Assembly (NCBI GenBank): GCA_964496765.1
Contig: CAZCAP010000014.1
Span: 1-19,201 of the forward strand
Origin: an uncultured archaeon
GTDB lineage: Archaea > Iainarchaeota > Iainarchaeia > Iainarchaeales > CSSED10-239
DNA: 19,201 nucleotides
Reading direction: 5' to 3'
Shown here in pieces: positions 7,062-16,107 of the stretch. Position 1 is the first letter of the stretch; each line of letters begins with the position of its first letter. Made by a program: the position numbers and the translations under genes. Below the pieces are notes generated by a model. That model was not told the origin of the DNA. It saw nothing but the letters and a program-made list of their open reading frames with translations, and made no database searches.

Positions 7062-10000
7062 TTATCCAAGGTTAAGACCAATAACACTTGTGTGATCCTT
7101 GAGAGTTACTCCAATTACCTGGTTTGCTCCAGATACGCTTGTTGAGTTGTGTGAAATAGAGATAATGGTTGTATTCTTTGATAGATCCTTAACAAAGCTT
7201 AATAGATTAAGTGTATTATAGTCATCAAGAGCAGCATCCACCTCATCAAGGATGTAGAATGGTGCTTTCTTGTAGGCATGAAGAGCGAAAATGAATGCTA
7301 AAGCAGTTACTGTCTTTTCTCCACCAGACATAATATCAATGTCCTTTGTTTTACCTTGCTTTGTTAAATTAATTGATAACTTAGATGTAAGAGGCTCAGT
7401 TCCGTCAAGAGCAAGATAACCAGATAGGGTTGCAGACATTTTTTTAATTATATCTTTAAACTCTTTATTTATTTTTTCAAAACAATCAATGAACACAGCT
7501 TCCTTCTTCATGGTAATCTCAGAAAGCATAGATTTTACTTGTTCCTTTTCTTTAACTAGAATATCACATTTTCTAATTATTTCATCATACTCTGCTGCAA
7601 GCTTCTCATAGGACTCAATTGCATTAAAGTTAATGTTTCCAAGAGCATTCTTATCTCTTCTTATTCTTCTTATGTTTGAATTAAGTTCTTCAATTGAAAG
7701 ATCTATTTCCTTTAGACCTTCAATATTTATATCCATGAGCTTAAAGTTCTGTTCAACAGTGTTAATCTTGTTCTCCGTGGTTGAGATATTTATATTTGAA
7801 TTATTTATTAATAGATTAAGCTCAGAGATGTCCTGATCATAGGCATGTAAACGATTAGATAGATCTGTTATCTTGCTTGTAATCTCTGATTTTTCAGAGA
7901 AAAGGTGTACCTTTTTAGAGTCCTCTCCCTCAAGTGATTTCTTAAGTTCATTAATCTTATTTTCAAATTCTGTTTTTTGATCAAGAAGACCTTTAAGCCT
8001 TTCATTTATAACTTTAATCTTGTCTTCATTAACCTCAATGTAATCCATTCTGTTATCTATCTTTTCCTTTAGTATCTTCTTTTCAGAGTTTTTCTCAATC
8101 AAACTTTGCTCAAGAGTTGTTAATTCACTAACAACATCATCAAACTCATCTCTTAGAATATTGTTTGCGGAGATTGAATATTTTTTTAGTTTTTCTTCAA
8201 GAGCGCTCTTCTTTTTTGTGAACTCTTGGATTTCGTTCTCAAGGGTTGGAATTTCTTTTTGAATGTGTCCAAGATTTTCTGTGACTTTAGTATAAACTGT
8301 TTTATCAAGAGTGTCTTTCCCTTCAAGACTTATATTTTCAACAACATCCTTATACAGTTCCTTTTGGGTGTTTAACCAAATCTGTTGACTTGATGCTTCC
8401 CTAGTGTCTGCACTTCTTTGTGCATCTATTCTTTCAAGTTCCTTTTGAATTCTATGAAGTTCCTTGTTTAAAGAAGAAATTTCGTTTTCACAGTTGGTTG
8501 CATCAGCTTCTATCTTACTTGAGTCCTTATGGGCTATCTTCTTATAGGAAAACCCATCAAAGTAAAAATTATCAATAGCAACATCTGATTTTGATTTTAA
8601 AGCAACCTGCTTATTAAAATAATCAGAAAGCCCTTCTTTTTTAATCCCAAGAACAGAAAGAATAACAAATGAAAGATTGTATTCGCTTGTGTTCTTTATT
8701 ATTCCTTTAATTTCAGAATCATCCTCTAGAACAATATAGGAAGAATAATATGTTTTTTGATCCTTGCTTAGGGAGATTAGTTCTTCAAGGAATCCAAGAC
8801 AACTTTTGTGCTTTGCAAGAACAGGCTTAATTCCTTCCTTCTTTTTAAGCTCACCAGAATAAAAAGATAGATCTTTATTTATGGACATCAAACTTATTTT
8901 CTTTTCTTGGATCTCGTTAATTATTTTTTGTTCTTCTTCTTTCTTTATTTCAAATTCTTTAGTAATATCTTCAAGCTTTTTTGTGGATTTTAGAATGTTC
9001 TTTTCAAGATCATTCATTTCTTTTTCTATTTCTTGCTTCTTTGTGTTAAGAGATTTAACTTTATCAATTATCTCTTTATCTTTTTTTTCAATAATTTCTT
9101 TTTGCATAGCAAATGCATTAAGCTTGTTCTTCTTATCGTAAAGCATATCCTGTCTGGAAGTGAGATCCTTGTTATAGGCATTTAGGGTAGTATAGAGTTC
9201 ATCCTGCATTGTTTTAATTTTTTCAAATTCTTTTTTGTCCTCTGACAACTTAATTTTCAATGAATCTCTTACTCTTGCTTTTTCATCAACCTTTTGGGTT
9301 ATGTTTTTAATAACCCCATCAACCTCTGATTCCTGTTTCTTAAGAACAGATAGAACCTCAACTGCTTCTTTATTTTCTTTCTCAAGATAATTTAGGTTCT
9401 CCTGATTAATGTTTATATTATTAATTACAATTTCCTTATTAGCTTGGGTTTCAGAATATCTTTTCCCAACAGTTGATTGAACCTTTTCAGAATGGCTAAT
9501 AAGTTCATTATTGATTCTTTCTAGTTTGTCTTCGTTTTCTTTTACTTCTTGGGTTATCTTTGCTTTATCTTTAATTAATAAAGATAGTTTTTCCTTATCC
9601 TCTTGAATATCTTTTTGTTCCTTTTCAATTTCCTTTGTAAAAAAATCAATTTGTTTTTTATAAAGATTATAATTATAAAGATTTTCTTCAACTTCAATAT
9701 CTTTATATTTAATTGCAGCATCCTTTTCAGATCTCAATTGCTCAACATAGGGTTTTCTTTCAGAAAGTGCAATGTTTACTTTAGATAGCTTTTCATCAAC
9801 CTTCTTTAGATTGTCCTCTGCTTCTTTTTTTCTTTCATCAAACAAGGATATTCCAGAAACATCATCAATTATGCTTCTTCTCTCTTCCGGATTAAGATTA
9901 ATTATTCTATTAACATCGCCCTGTTGAACAGTATTATGTCCATCAGTATCTAATCCAATCTCCTTTAGGAAACTAATTATCTCATGAAGTGCTTTTCTTT

Positions 10001-10313
10001 TCTCATTAAGCATAAAAACAGATTTACCAGATTCATCAATCTCACGAACAATTTCTATGTCTTCGTTATTGTGTTCAATAACCACTCTTACTCTAGCTGT
10101 TTTTGCTCTTGTGTTATGATTAATAAGCTCAGATAACCTATCAACCCTTAATCTTTTAAGAGAAGTAGATCCAAAAACAAATAGAAGAGCATCAACTATA
10201 TTACTTTTACCAGAACCATTAGGCCCAACAACAATATGTAATCCCTTTGAGAATGGTATTTTAGCAAACTCAAATGATTTAAAGTTTTTAATTACAAGTT
10301 CTTTTATTTGCAT
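7062..10313 (-). CDS. smc: Chromosome segregation/condensin ATPase SMC (atypical hinge)
   Basis: Walker A VVGPNGSGKSNIVDALLFVFG, long coiled coils, signature MSGGEKTVTALAFIFAL, Walker B APFYILDEVDAALDDYN, D/H-loop region IISISHN. Confidence 0.93.
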   Translation of the reverse strand: MQIKELVIKNFKSFEFAKIPFSKGLHIVVGPNGSGKSNIVDALLFVFGSTSLKRLRVDRLSELINHNTRAKTARVRVVIEHNNEDIEIVREIDESGKSVFMLNEKRKALHEIISFLKEIGLDTDGHNTVQQGDVNRIINLNPEERRSIIDDVSGISLFDERKKEAEDNLKKVDEKLSKVNIALSERKPYVEQLRSEKDAAIKYKDIEVEENLYNYNLYKKQIDFFTKEIEKEQKDIQEDKEKLSLLIKDKAKITQEVKENEDKLERINNELISHSEKVQSTVGKRYSETQANKEIVINNININQENLNYLEKENKEAVEVLSVLKKQESEVDGVIKNITQKVDEKARVRDSLKIKLSEDKKEFEKIKTMQDELYTTLNAYNKDLTSRQDMLYDKKNKLNAFAMQKEIIEKKDKEIIDKVKSLNTKKQEIEKEMNDLEKNILKSTKKLEDITKEFEIKKEEEQKIINEIQEKKISLMSINKDLSFYSGELKKKEGIKPVLAKHKSCLGFLEELISLSKDQKTYYSSYIVLEDDSEIKGIIKNTSEYNLSFVILSVLGIKKEGLSDYFNKQVALKSKSDVAIDNFYFDGFSYKKIAHKDSSKIEADATNCENEISSLNKELHRIQKELERIDAQRSADTREASSQQIWLNTQKELYKDVVENISLEGKDTLDKTVYTKVTENLGHIQKEIPTLENEIQEFTKKKSALEEKLKKYSISANNILRDEFDDVVSELTTLEQSLIEKNSEKKILKEKIDNRMDYIEVNEDKIKVINERLKGLLDQKTEFENKINELKKSLEGEDSKKVHLFSEKSEITSKITDLSNRLHAYDQDISELNLLINNSNINISTTENKINTVEQNFKLMDINIEGLKEIDLSIEELNSNIRRIRRDKNALGNINFNAIESYEKLAAEYDEIIRKCDILVKEKEQVKSMLSEITMKKEAVFIDCFEKINKEFKDIIKKMSATLSGYLALDGTEPLTSKLSINLTKQGKTKDIDIMSGGEKTVTALAFIFALHAYKKAPFYILDEVDAALDDYNTLNLLSFVKDLSKNTTIISISHNSTSVSGANQVIGVTLKDHTSVIGLNLG

Positions 10314-10417
10314 AGTAAATCAATGATTCTTTATTTTTATGTAAATTAGAGTAATATAACTATAAAATAGTATACCAAAATATATTTAAATATGGGTTGT
10401 TAAAGAAAATGTTGAAA

Positions 10418-10999
10418 TTATTTATCAATAACTTCAGAATCAACTATGAATTTTGTGTTTTTACCTAGGCTTTGATTATATGATTCTTTTATACTTGTTA
10501 TAGTAACTTCTTTAAATTCCTTATATAATGGGTTTTTAGAAGTAAGACCATAATTGTTACTCCATTCAAACATGTGAACAGTATTTGTGTTTTTATCATA
10601 TCCCCATTTAAAACTGATTGCAGTTGGATTTGAGGTTTGATTAGATTTGGACTTAGGATTTAGAGATGCGCTCATATGGTGTGGATATTTACTAGAAATG
10701 TATTGTGATAGCTCATGAATGCTTCCAAATCCAAACAGGGTCATTAATTTTTTGGATCTAATCTGGATATTTTTATCATGCACTTGCCAAATTCTTTTTT
10801 TCATTACAACATGATACTCATTTTCTTCTGGAGTTAAACGTCTCATGCGCTCATTTGGGTTAGTTAGTTTTTTTTCTATATTCTTAAATTTAGAGATTTC
10901 TTTAATGTCCATTCCAATCTTACTTCTACGTGCAACAGGAACACTTGTTCTTTCTCTGCTTCTAATAAATACTTTTGGCTTAATTATTGGCTTTGGCAT
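10418..10999 (-). CDS. Hypothetical protein
   Basis: 193-aa ORF with ATG start and an archaeal TATA-like sequence upstream. Basic N-terminus. No family recognised. Confidence 0.6.
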   Translation of the reverse strand: MPKPIIKPKVFIRSRERTSVPVARRSKIGMDIKEISKFKNIEKKLTNPNERMRRLTPEENEYHVVMKKRIWQVHDKNIQIRSKKLMTLFGFGSIHELSQYISSKYPHHMSASLNPKSKSNQTSNPTAISFKWGYDKNTNTVHMFEWSNNYGLTSKNPLYKEFKEVTITSIKESYNQSLGKNTKFIVDSEVIDK

Positions 11000-11054
11000 A
11001 ATCTAATCACATTTAAATTAATTTAAGTTTATAACTAAAGTATAGAAAGAATAA

Positions 11055-11069
11055 GTTTATAAATTGTGT
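11055..11069 (-). promoter_or_regulatory. TATA-box-like promoter element upstream of the 10999 ORF
   Basis: Minus strand reads CACAATTTATAAACTTATTC..., an archaeal TATA-like element about 55-65 nt upstream of the ATG. Coordinates approximate. Confidence 0.35.
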
Positions 11070-11090
11070 TTAAAAAAAGAAAAAAAGGAA
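11070..11090 (-). terminator. U-rich terminator of serS
   Basis: Minus strand carries a run of T residues (CCTTTTTTTCTTTTTTT) just downstream of the serS stop, typical of archaeal oligo-U termination. Approximate bounds. Confidence 0.35.
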
Positions 11091-11091
11091 A

Positions 11092-12381
11092 TTAGAAGAT
11101 ATTATTCTTCTTAATTTCTGTTTTACCATACATGTAGGGAACAAGAACTTCTGGAATCTTTACTGTTCCTTCCTTTGTTTGATAGTTCTCAAGGATAGCA
11201 ACAAGTGCTCTTGAGTTTGCAATCGCTGTGTTGTTTAAGGTATGAACAAAGTATTTCTCACCTGTCTTTGTTTTTGCTTTAATATTAAGTCTTGTTGCCT
11301 GTGCTCCAGTTAGGTTTGAACAGGATCCAACCTCAATAAACTCATTTCTTCTCGGAGACCATGCTTCAACATCAGCAGATCTGTACTTAAGATCGCCAAG
11401 ATCACCAGTACAAATTTCTAGGATTCTTGTTGGTAGACCCAATGATTTAAAAATCTCAAATGAGTTCTCTAGGATTTCATCATACATTTTTTCTGAATCT
11501 TCTGGTTTGCAAAGAACAACCTGCTCAACCTTATCAAACTGATGTAATCTGAATAAACCTCTTTCATCAAGCCCATGGGAACCAATCTCCTTCCTAAAGC
11601 AGGTTGAATAGGAATACATCTTTATTGGTAACTTGTCCTCATCAACAACCTTATCAACAAACATAGAGATAACTGGATGCTCAGAGGTTGCTATCATATA
11701 CAGATCTTCATCTTCTATCTTGTATATCATTTCCTTAAAGAAACTCATGTCTACAGCACCATCTGTTGCTCTTTTGTTTATCATTAATGGTGGAAGAACT
11801 AAAGTATATCCCTTCTTAGCTAAGAAATCTTGAGAATATCTCATGAGTGCATTACTTAATAATGCAAGGTCACCTTTTAGATAATAGAAGCCTTTTCCTG
11901 AGTTGTCTCTTGCTGCATCTAAATCTATTATATTCAAAAATTCAGCGAGCTCACCATGACTCTTGAGTGGGAAATCAAACTTAGGTATCTCACCTACTCT
12001 TTTGATTTCTACATTCTCTGTCTGATCCTTGCCTATTGGTGTTTTATCAGAGATAATGTTTGGAATAGTTTTTTGAATTTCAAGAACCTTATCTCTTAAT
12101 TCCTTTTGTGCTTTGTCAAGAACATCAATCTTGCTCGGTAGTTCCTTTGCTTCTTTTAGAAGATCATCAATTCCTTCATTCTTTGATTTTCTTTGAGATA
12201 TCTCATCAGTAATTTGGTTTCTTCTTTGTTTTAATACATTTACTTCCTTTATGTTATCTCTAAGTTTCTCATCAAGCAAAAGAAGCTCATCAACGGAAGA
12301 AGACTTATGTTCCTGGAATTTTTTCTTTAGGTTTTCTTTAACTATATCTACATTTTCTCTTATGTATTTTATATCTAACAT
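11092..12381 (-). CDS. serS: Seryl-tRNA synthetase
   Basis: N-terminal tRNA-binding arm starting MLDIKYIRENVDIVKENLKKKF, class II motifs (GLFRLHQFDKVEQVVLCKPE, TGDLGDLKYRSADVEAWSP, EVGSCSNLTGAQATRLNIKAK, HTLNNTAIANSRALVAILENYQ), C-terminus VPEVLVPYM. Confidence 0.97.
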   Translation of the reverse strand: MLDIKYIRENVDIVKENLKKKFQEHKSSSVDELLLLDEKLRDNIKEVNVLKQRRNQITDEISQRKSKNEGIDDLLKEAKELPSKIDVLDKAQKELRDKVLEIQKTIPNIISDKTPIGKDQTENVEIKRVGEIPKFDFPLKSHGELAEFLNIIDLDAARDNSGKGFYYLKGDLALLSNALMRYSQDFLAKKGYTLVLPPLMINKRATDGAVDMSFFKEMIYKIEDEDLYMIATSEHPVISMFVDKVVDEDKLPIKMYSYSTCFRKEIGSHGLDERGLFRLHQFDKVEQVVLCKPEDSEKMYDEILENSFEIFKSLGLPTRILEICTGDLGDLKYRSADVEAWSPRRNEFIEVGSCSNLTGAQATRLNIKAKTKTGEKYFVHTLNNTAIANSRALVAILENYQTKEGTVKIPEVLVPYMYGKTEIKKNNIF

Positions 12382-12455
12382 ATGTACTTCCTCCTTTTTT
12401 ATTTATAGTAGCTTTTGTTAGTTATTGCTATCTTCTAGCAATATATAATAAATAG

Positions 12456-12480
12456 GACAAAGAGTATATAAATAATATAG
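12456..12480 (-). promoter_or_regulatory. Candidate archaeal promoter (TATA-like) for serS
   Basis: Minus strand CTATATTATTTATATACTCTTTGTCC about 80-100 nt upstream of the serS start. Confidence 0.35.
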
Positions 12481-12516
12481 AAAAAGAAAAAAATAAAATA
12501 AAAAGATGTTTAGAAG

Positions 12517-13116
12517 TTAGTGCTTATGTTCGCACTCTTCATCTTCACAATCGCAGGCATCGTCATCTTCACAATTTTCACATTCCTTATCTCCACATGA
12601 ACATCCCTGATGTGTGTGAGCTTGGGATTTAGACATTTCTTTAAGTTGCTTTTGCATTGCAATCATTTCTTCTTCCACAACCTTTACTTCAGCTTCATCA
12701 AGAACCTTAACAAGCTTGATCTTGAAGTTTAAATTCTTACCTGCCATTGGGTGGTTTAAGATTACTGAGACTTTATCATCTTCTATCTTTACAACCTCAA
12801 TAACCATTGGACCCATGTTTGTCATCATGTTAAGCTCTTTTCCTTCCTCAAGAACAGAAAGATCTTGGAAAGAGGCTTTTGGAAGTTGTACAAGCTCTTT
12901 GCTTTTATCTCCATAGCCATCCTTAGGCTCAATCTTAATATCCTTTTCGTCACCAGGATTCATTCCAATAACAGCTTTTTCAAATCCAGGAATAACCATC
13001 CCTCCACCAATCTGGAACTTTAATGGTTCTCTTCCCTCAGATTTATCAAAAACAGTTCCATCATCAAATGCACCTGTATATTCAATCATTACCCAATCTT
13101 TTTCATTAACAGTCAT
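12517..13116 (-). CDS. SlyD-like FKBP-type peptidyl-prolyl cis-trans isomerase with metal-binding C-terminal tail
   Basis: VMIEYTGAFDDGTVFDKSEGREPLKFQIGGGMVIPGFEKAVIGMNPGDEKDIKI..GYG..., an inserted insert-in-flap region, then NHPMAGKNLNFKIKLVKV. Tail HTHQGCSCGDKECENCEDDDACDCEDEECEHKH. Confidence 0.92.
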   Translation of the reverse strand: MTVNEKDWVMIEYTGAFDDGTVFDKSEGREPLKFQIGGGMVIPGFEKAVIGMNPGDEKDIKIEPKDGYGDKSKELVQLPKASFQDLSVLEEGKELNMMTNMGPMVIEVVKIEDDKVSVILNHPMAGKNLNFKIKLVKVLDEAEVKVVEEEMIAMQKQLKEMSKSQAHTHQGCSCGDKECENCEDDDACDCEDEECEHKH

Positions 13117-13279
13117 AAATAATTTCTCCTAAAAATAGTAATTCAATATATATTTATGAACAAAAAGTATTATAATGGTTTTGGGTTAAAAGTGTCCAAC
13201 AAATATAACACTCTATCATTTAAATCTAAAAAAATACACTTAAAAAACTAATCCCCACATATATCCATATTAAAATAAC

Positions 13280-14020
13280 TTGATGTCTATGACAGAAGAA
13301 ACCCAAAATAAAGATATTTACTCAAAATATCTAAACACAGGTCTTTGTGATAAGGGGCTTTGTGAACTAAGTAAGAAAGACACAGCCATACTTCTATTCC
13401 ATGGATATGCACAGACCTCAAAAATATATAGACCATATCTAGATGTATTAAAAGAGTATGGAGATGTTTTTGCTCCTACGCTTACAGGGCACTATGAATC
13501 AAGAATTGTTGATATTAAGGATTATAAGGACCTTATTCAATCAAATCTAGAAATATATAAACTCGTAAGAGAACAATACAAGAAAGTAATAATTATTGGA
13601 TATTCTCTAGGAGGAATTATTTCAATCAATCTTGCAAGCAAGATTAAACCAGATAAGCTAATACTTATATCAACTCCAATTAATTATGATTATGAAGCAT
13701 TTAAGATAAGTGTATTATCTCTTATTAATGAATTTAGAAAAATTAAAAAAAATAAACAAGAATTTAAAATAAGCACCTATGTTGAAATGTTCAAACTTGC
13801 ATCTCTTGCAAGAAAACAATTAAAAAAAATTGATTGTGATACCCTCATACTTCATGGAGAAAAAGATGATTTAGATCCAATTGAACAATCATATTATATT
13901 CTAAGTAACATAAATTCTCAAAGCAGAGAATTTTATAGGATTAAGAATGTTAATCATTATGTTCTAGAGCATTATGATCTTGTTCTTCCGAAGATAATTG
14001 AATATATAACTAGAAAATAA
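13280..14020 (+). CDS. Alpha/beta hydrolase (carboxylesterase/monoacylglycerol-lipase-like)
   Basis: LLFHGYAQTSKIYRP oxyanion region, nucleophile elbow IIGYSLGG, acid-loop LILHGEKDDLDP, catalytic His in NVNHYVLEH. Confidence 0.88.
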   Translation: MMSMTEETQNKDIYSKYLNTGLCDKGLCELSKKDTAILLFHGYAQTSKIYRPYLDVLKEYGDVFAPTLTGHYESRIVDIKDYKDLIQSNLEIYKLVREQYKKVIIIGYSLGGIISINLASKIKPDKLILISTPINYDYEAFKISVLSLINEFRKIKKNKQEFKISTYVEMFKLASLARKQLKKIDCDTLILHGEKDDLDPIEQSYYILSNINSQSREFYRIKNVNHYVLEHYDLVLPKIIEYITRK

Positions 14021-14024
14021 AAAA

Positions 14025-14576
14025 TTATTTAATTTCTTTTTTGAAATACAATCTATCTTCATTATGACTATTCTTACCAGAACCCATTAATAAATAATTA
14101 TTTTTAATTAGATTATTATAACTATAAACGTTTTTAGGATGAGCAGCAGAAACACCCCATTTAAACCTAATTTTCTTCAAATATTTTTCTCTTAACTCAA
14201 GTAAATAACTTTGAATACCATACCCTCTAAACTCTGGAATAACACCAGCACCTGCCAATTCAGCAACCTTTGCTTTATCCACCCTACTTATTTTACAATT
14301 ATTTAACCAATAGGATATATTTTTATTATTAGGAACATACACAAGAGAATAGGCAATTGGCTTTTCGTTATAGTAAACCATATGCACTACTGACTTACCT
14401 TGGATATCTTTCTTTAAAAGAACAAAGTTATAGCCAGATGAAAATTCTTTTTCTATTCCCTTTAGATTATCTAATATACTTTGATAAAAAGTCTTAAAGA
14501 AAGGAATATTTAATGATTCTAGCTTATATATCTTAAATATCTTATTTTTTAATTTAATTTTAGTTATATATTTCAT
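14025..14576 (-). CDS. GNAT-family N-acetyltransferase
   Basis: Acetyl-CoA-binding motif AGAGVIPEFRGYGIQSYLLELREKY, followed by SAAHPKNVYSYNNLIKNNYLLMG. Confidence 0.75.
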   Translation of the reverse strand: MKYITKIKLKNKIFKIYKLESLNIPFFKTFYQSILDNLKGIEKEFSSGYNFVLLKKDIQGKSVVHMVYYNEKPIAYSLVYVPNNKNISYWLNNCKISRVDKAKVAELAGAGVIPEFRGYGIQSYLLELREKYLKKIRFKWGVSAAHPKNVYSYNNLIKNNYLLMGSGKNSHNEDRLYFKKEIK

Positions 14577-14649
14577 ATATACTCGAAAGTATAGAGAATA
14601 AATAATTATTTAAACCTTACACTCTTCTTTATATCTATACTTACACTAA

Positions 14650-14655
14650 AGGAGA
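14650..14655 (+). promoter_or_regulatory. Shine-Dalgarno-like sequence for the RuBisCO gene
   Basis: AGGAGA at this position, 8 nt before the in-frame ATG at 14664 but only 2 nt before the ATG at 14658. Confidence 0.5.
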
Positions 14656-14657
14656 GA

Positions 14658-16097
14658 ATGATTATGGTACATGAAGAACTTATTAAAACTTTAAACCCAC
14701 ATCAAGCAGCCTATGTTAATTTTAATATCCCAGATGTAAAAAACGGAGAATACATGTTAGGTGTTTTCCATCTTCTTCCTGGTGGAAATTTAAATATCCT
14801 ACAAGCAGCCTGTGAGGTTGCTGCTGAATCATCAACGGGAACTAATTTTAAAGTAAACACAGAAACACCTTTCTCAAGAGAAATGAATGGGCTTGTGTAT
14901 CAACTGGATCTTGAAAAGAGTTTGGTTTGGATTGCCTATCCATGGAGATTATTTGATAGAAGAGGAAATATTCAAAATATACTTACCTATGTTGTTGGAA
15001 ACGTTCTTGGAATGAAAGAAGTATCTGCTCTTAAATTAATAGATGTTTGGTTTCCCACATCAATGCTTGATCAATTTGATGGACCAAGTTTTACTCTTGA
15101 TGACATGAGAAAGTATCTAGGAGTTTATGATAGACCAATACTTGGAACAATAGTTAAACCAAAAATGGGACTAACTTCATCAGAATATGCAGAAGTTTGC
15201 TATGACTTCTGGGTTGGTGGAGGAGACTTTGTTAAGAATGATGAACCTCAGGCAGATCAAGATTTCTGTCCCTATGATAAAATGGTTAAACATGTTAAAG
15301 AAGCAATGGATAAAGCTGTTAAAGAAACAGGACATAAAAAAGTTCATTCATTTAATGTTTCTGCATCTGATTTCGATACAATGATTAAAAGATGTGAGAT
15401 GATTATAGAAGCAGGATTTGAAAAAGGATCCTATGCATTCCTAATAGATGGAATAACTGCTGGATGGATGGCTGTTCAAACACTAAGAAGAAGATATCCA
15501 GATGTATTTATACACTTCCATAGAGCAGCACATGGAGCATTTACAAGACCAGAAAATCCATTTGGTTTCTCAGTACTTGTTTTATCTAAGTTTGCAAGAC
15601 TTGCAGGAGCAAGTGGAATACACACAGGAACTGCTGGCGTAGGTAAAATGGCAGGAACTCCAACAGAGGACATAACTGCTGCAGAAGGAATTCTTGATTT
15701 ATCAGCTAAAGGGCACATATTTACACAAAGCTGGGCAGAGATTTCCGAAACTGATGAAGATATATTAAAACTAATTAGAGAAGATCATGCACATCATATT
15801 ATTTTAGAAGATGATAGCTGGAGAGGTATGAAAAAATGCGCACCAATCATTTCTGGGGGGCTTAATCCAACTCTTCTAAAACCATTCATTGATGTTATGG
15901 GTGGAATTGATTTCATAACAACCATGGGTGCCGGGTGTCATGCTCATCCAAAGGGAACTAAATCAGGAGCAAAAGCACTTGTTCAGGCATGTGAAGCATA
16001 TCAAAAGAAAATAGACATACATGAATATGCACAAACACATCAGGAACTTGCAGAGGCAATAGATTTCTTTGAAAAAAAGAAAAAAGAATTGATCTGA
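14658..16097 (+). CDS. rbcL: Ribulose-bisphosphate carboxylase large subunit, form II/III-like
   Basis: Catalytic motifs retained: GTIVKPKMGL, GGGDFVKNDEPQ (carbamylated Lys, Asp, Glu), HFHRAAHGAFTR, SGIHTGTAGVGKMAG, PIISGGLNP. Whole-length resemblance, as I recall it, to the Methanococcoides burtonii form II/III enzyme, including the inserted segment between GTPTED and MKKCAPI. True start may be 14664. Confidence 0.95.
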   Translation: MIMVHEELIKTLNPHQAAYVNFNIPDVKNGEYMLGVFHLLPGGNLNILQAACEVAAESSTGTNFKVNTETPFSREMNGLVYQLDLEKSLVWIAYPWRLFDRRGNIQNILTYVVGNVLGMKEVSALKLIDVWFPTSMLDQFDGPSFTLDDMRKYLGVYDRPILGTIVKPKMGLTSSEYAEVCYDFWVGGGDFVKNDEPQADQDFCPYDKMVKHVKEAMDKAVKETGHKKVHSFNVSASDFDTMIKRCEMIIEAGFEKGSYAFLIDGITAGWMAVQTLRRRYPDVFIHFHRAAHGAFTRPENPFGFSVLVLSKFARLAGASGIHTGTAGVGKMAGTPTEDITAAEGILDLSAKGHIFTQSWAEISETDEDILKLIREDHAHHIILEDDSWRGMKKCAPIISGGLNPTLLKPFIDVMGGIDFITTMGAGCHAHPKGTKSGAKALVQACEAYQKKIDIHEYAQTHQELAEAIDFFEKKKKELI

Positions 16098-16107
16098 TCC
16101 ATTCCAT

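Noticed and set aside
7633-9788. Plus-strand ORFs 7633..7836, 8881..9141 and 9603..9788 opposite smc
   Set aside because: Phe/Ile/Ser-rich mirror translations of smc coiled coil.
11633-12916. Plus-strand ORFs 11633..11833 and 12716..12916
   Set aside because: Antisense to serS and the SlyD-like gene, which are both unambiguous.
15187-15718. ORFs 15187..15384 (+) and 15476..15718 (-) within RuBisCO
   Set aside because: Alternate-frame/antisense ORFs within a highly conserved CDS.
13280-16097. Hydrolase-GNAT-RuBisCO as an operon
   Set aside because: GNAT is on the opposite strand between them, so there is no single transcription unit.
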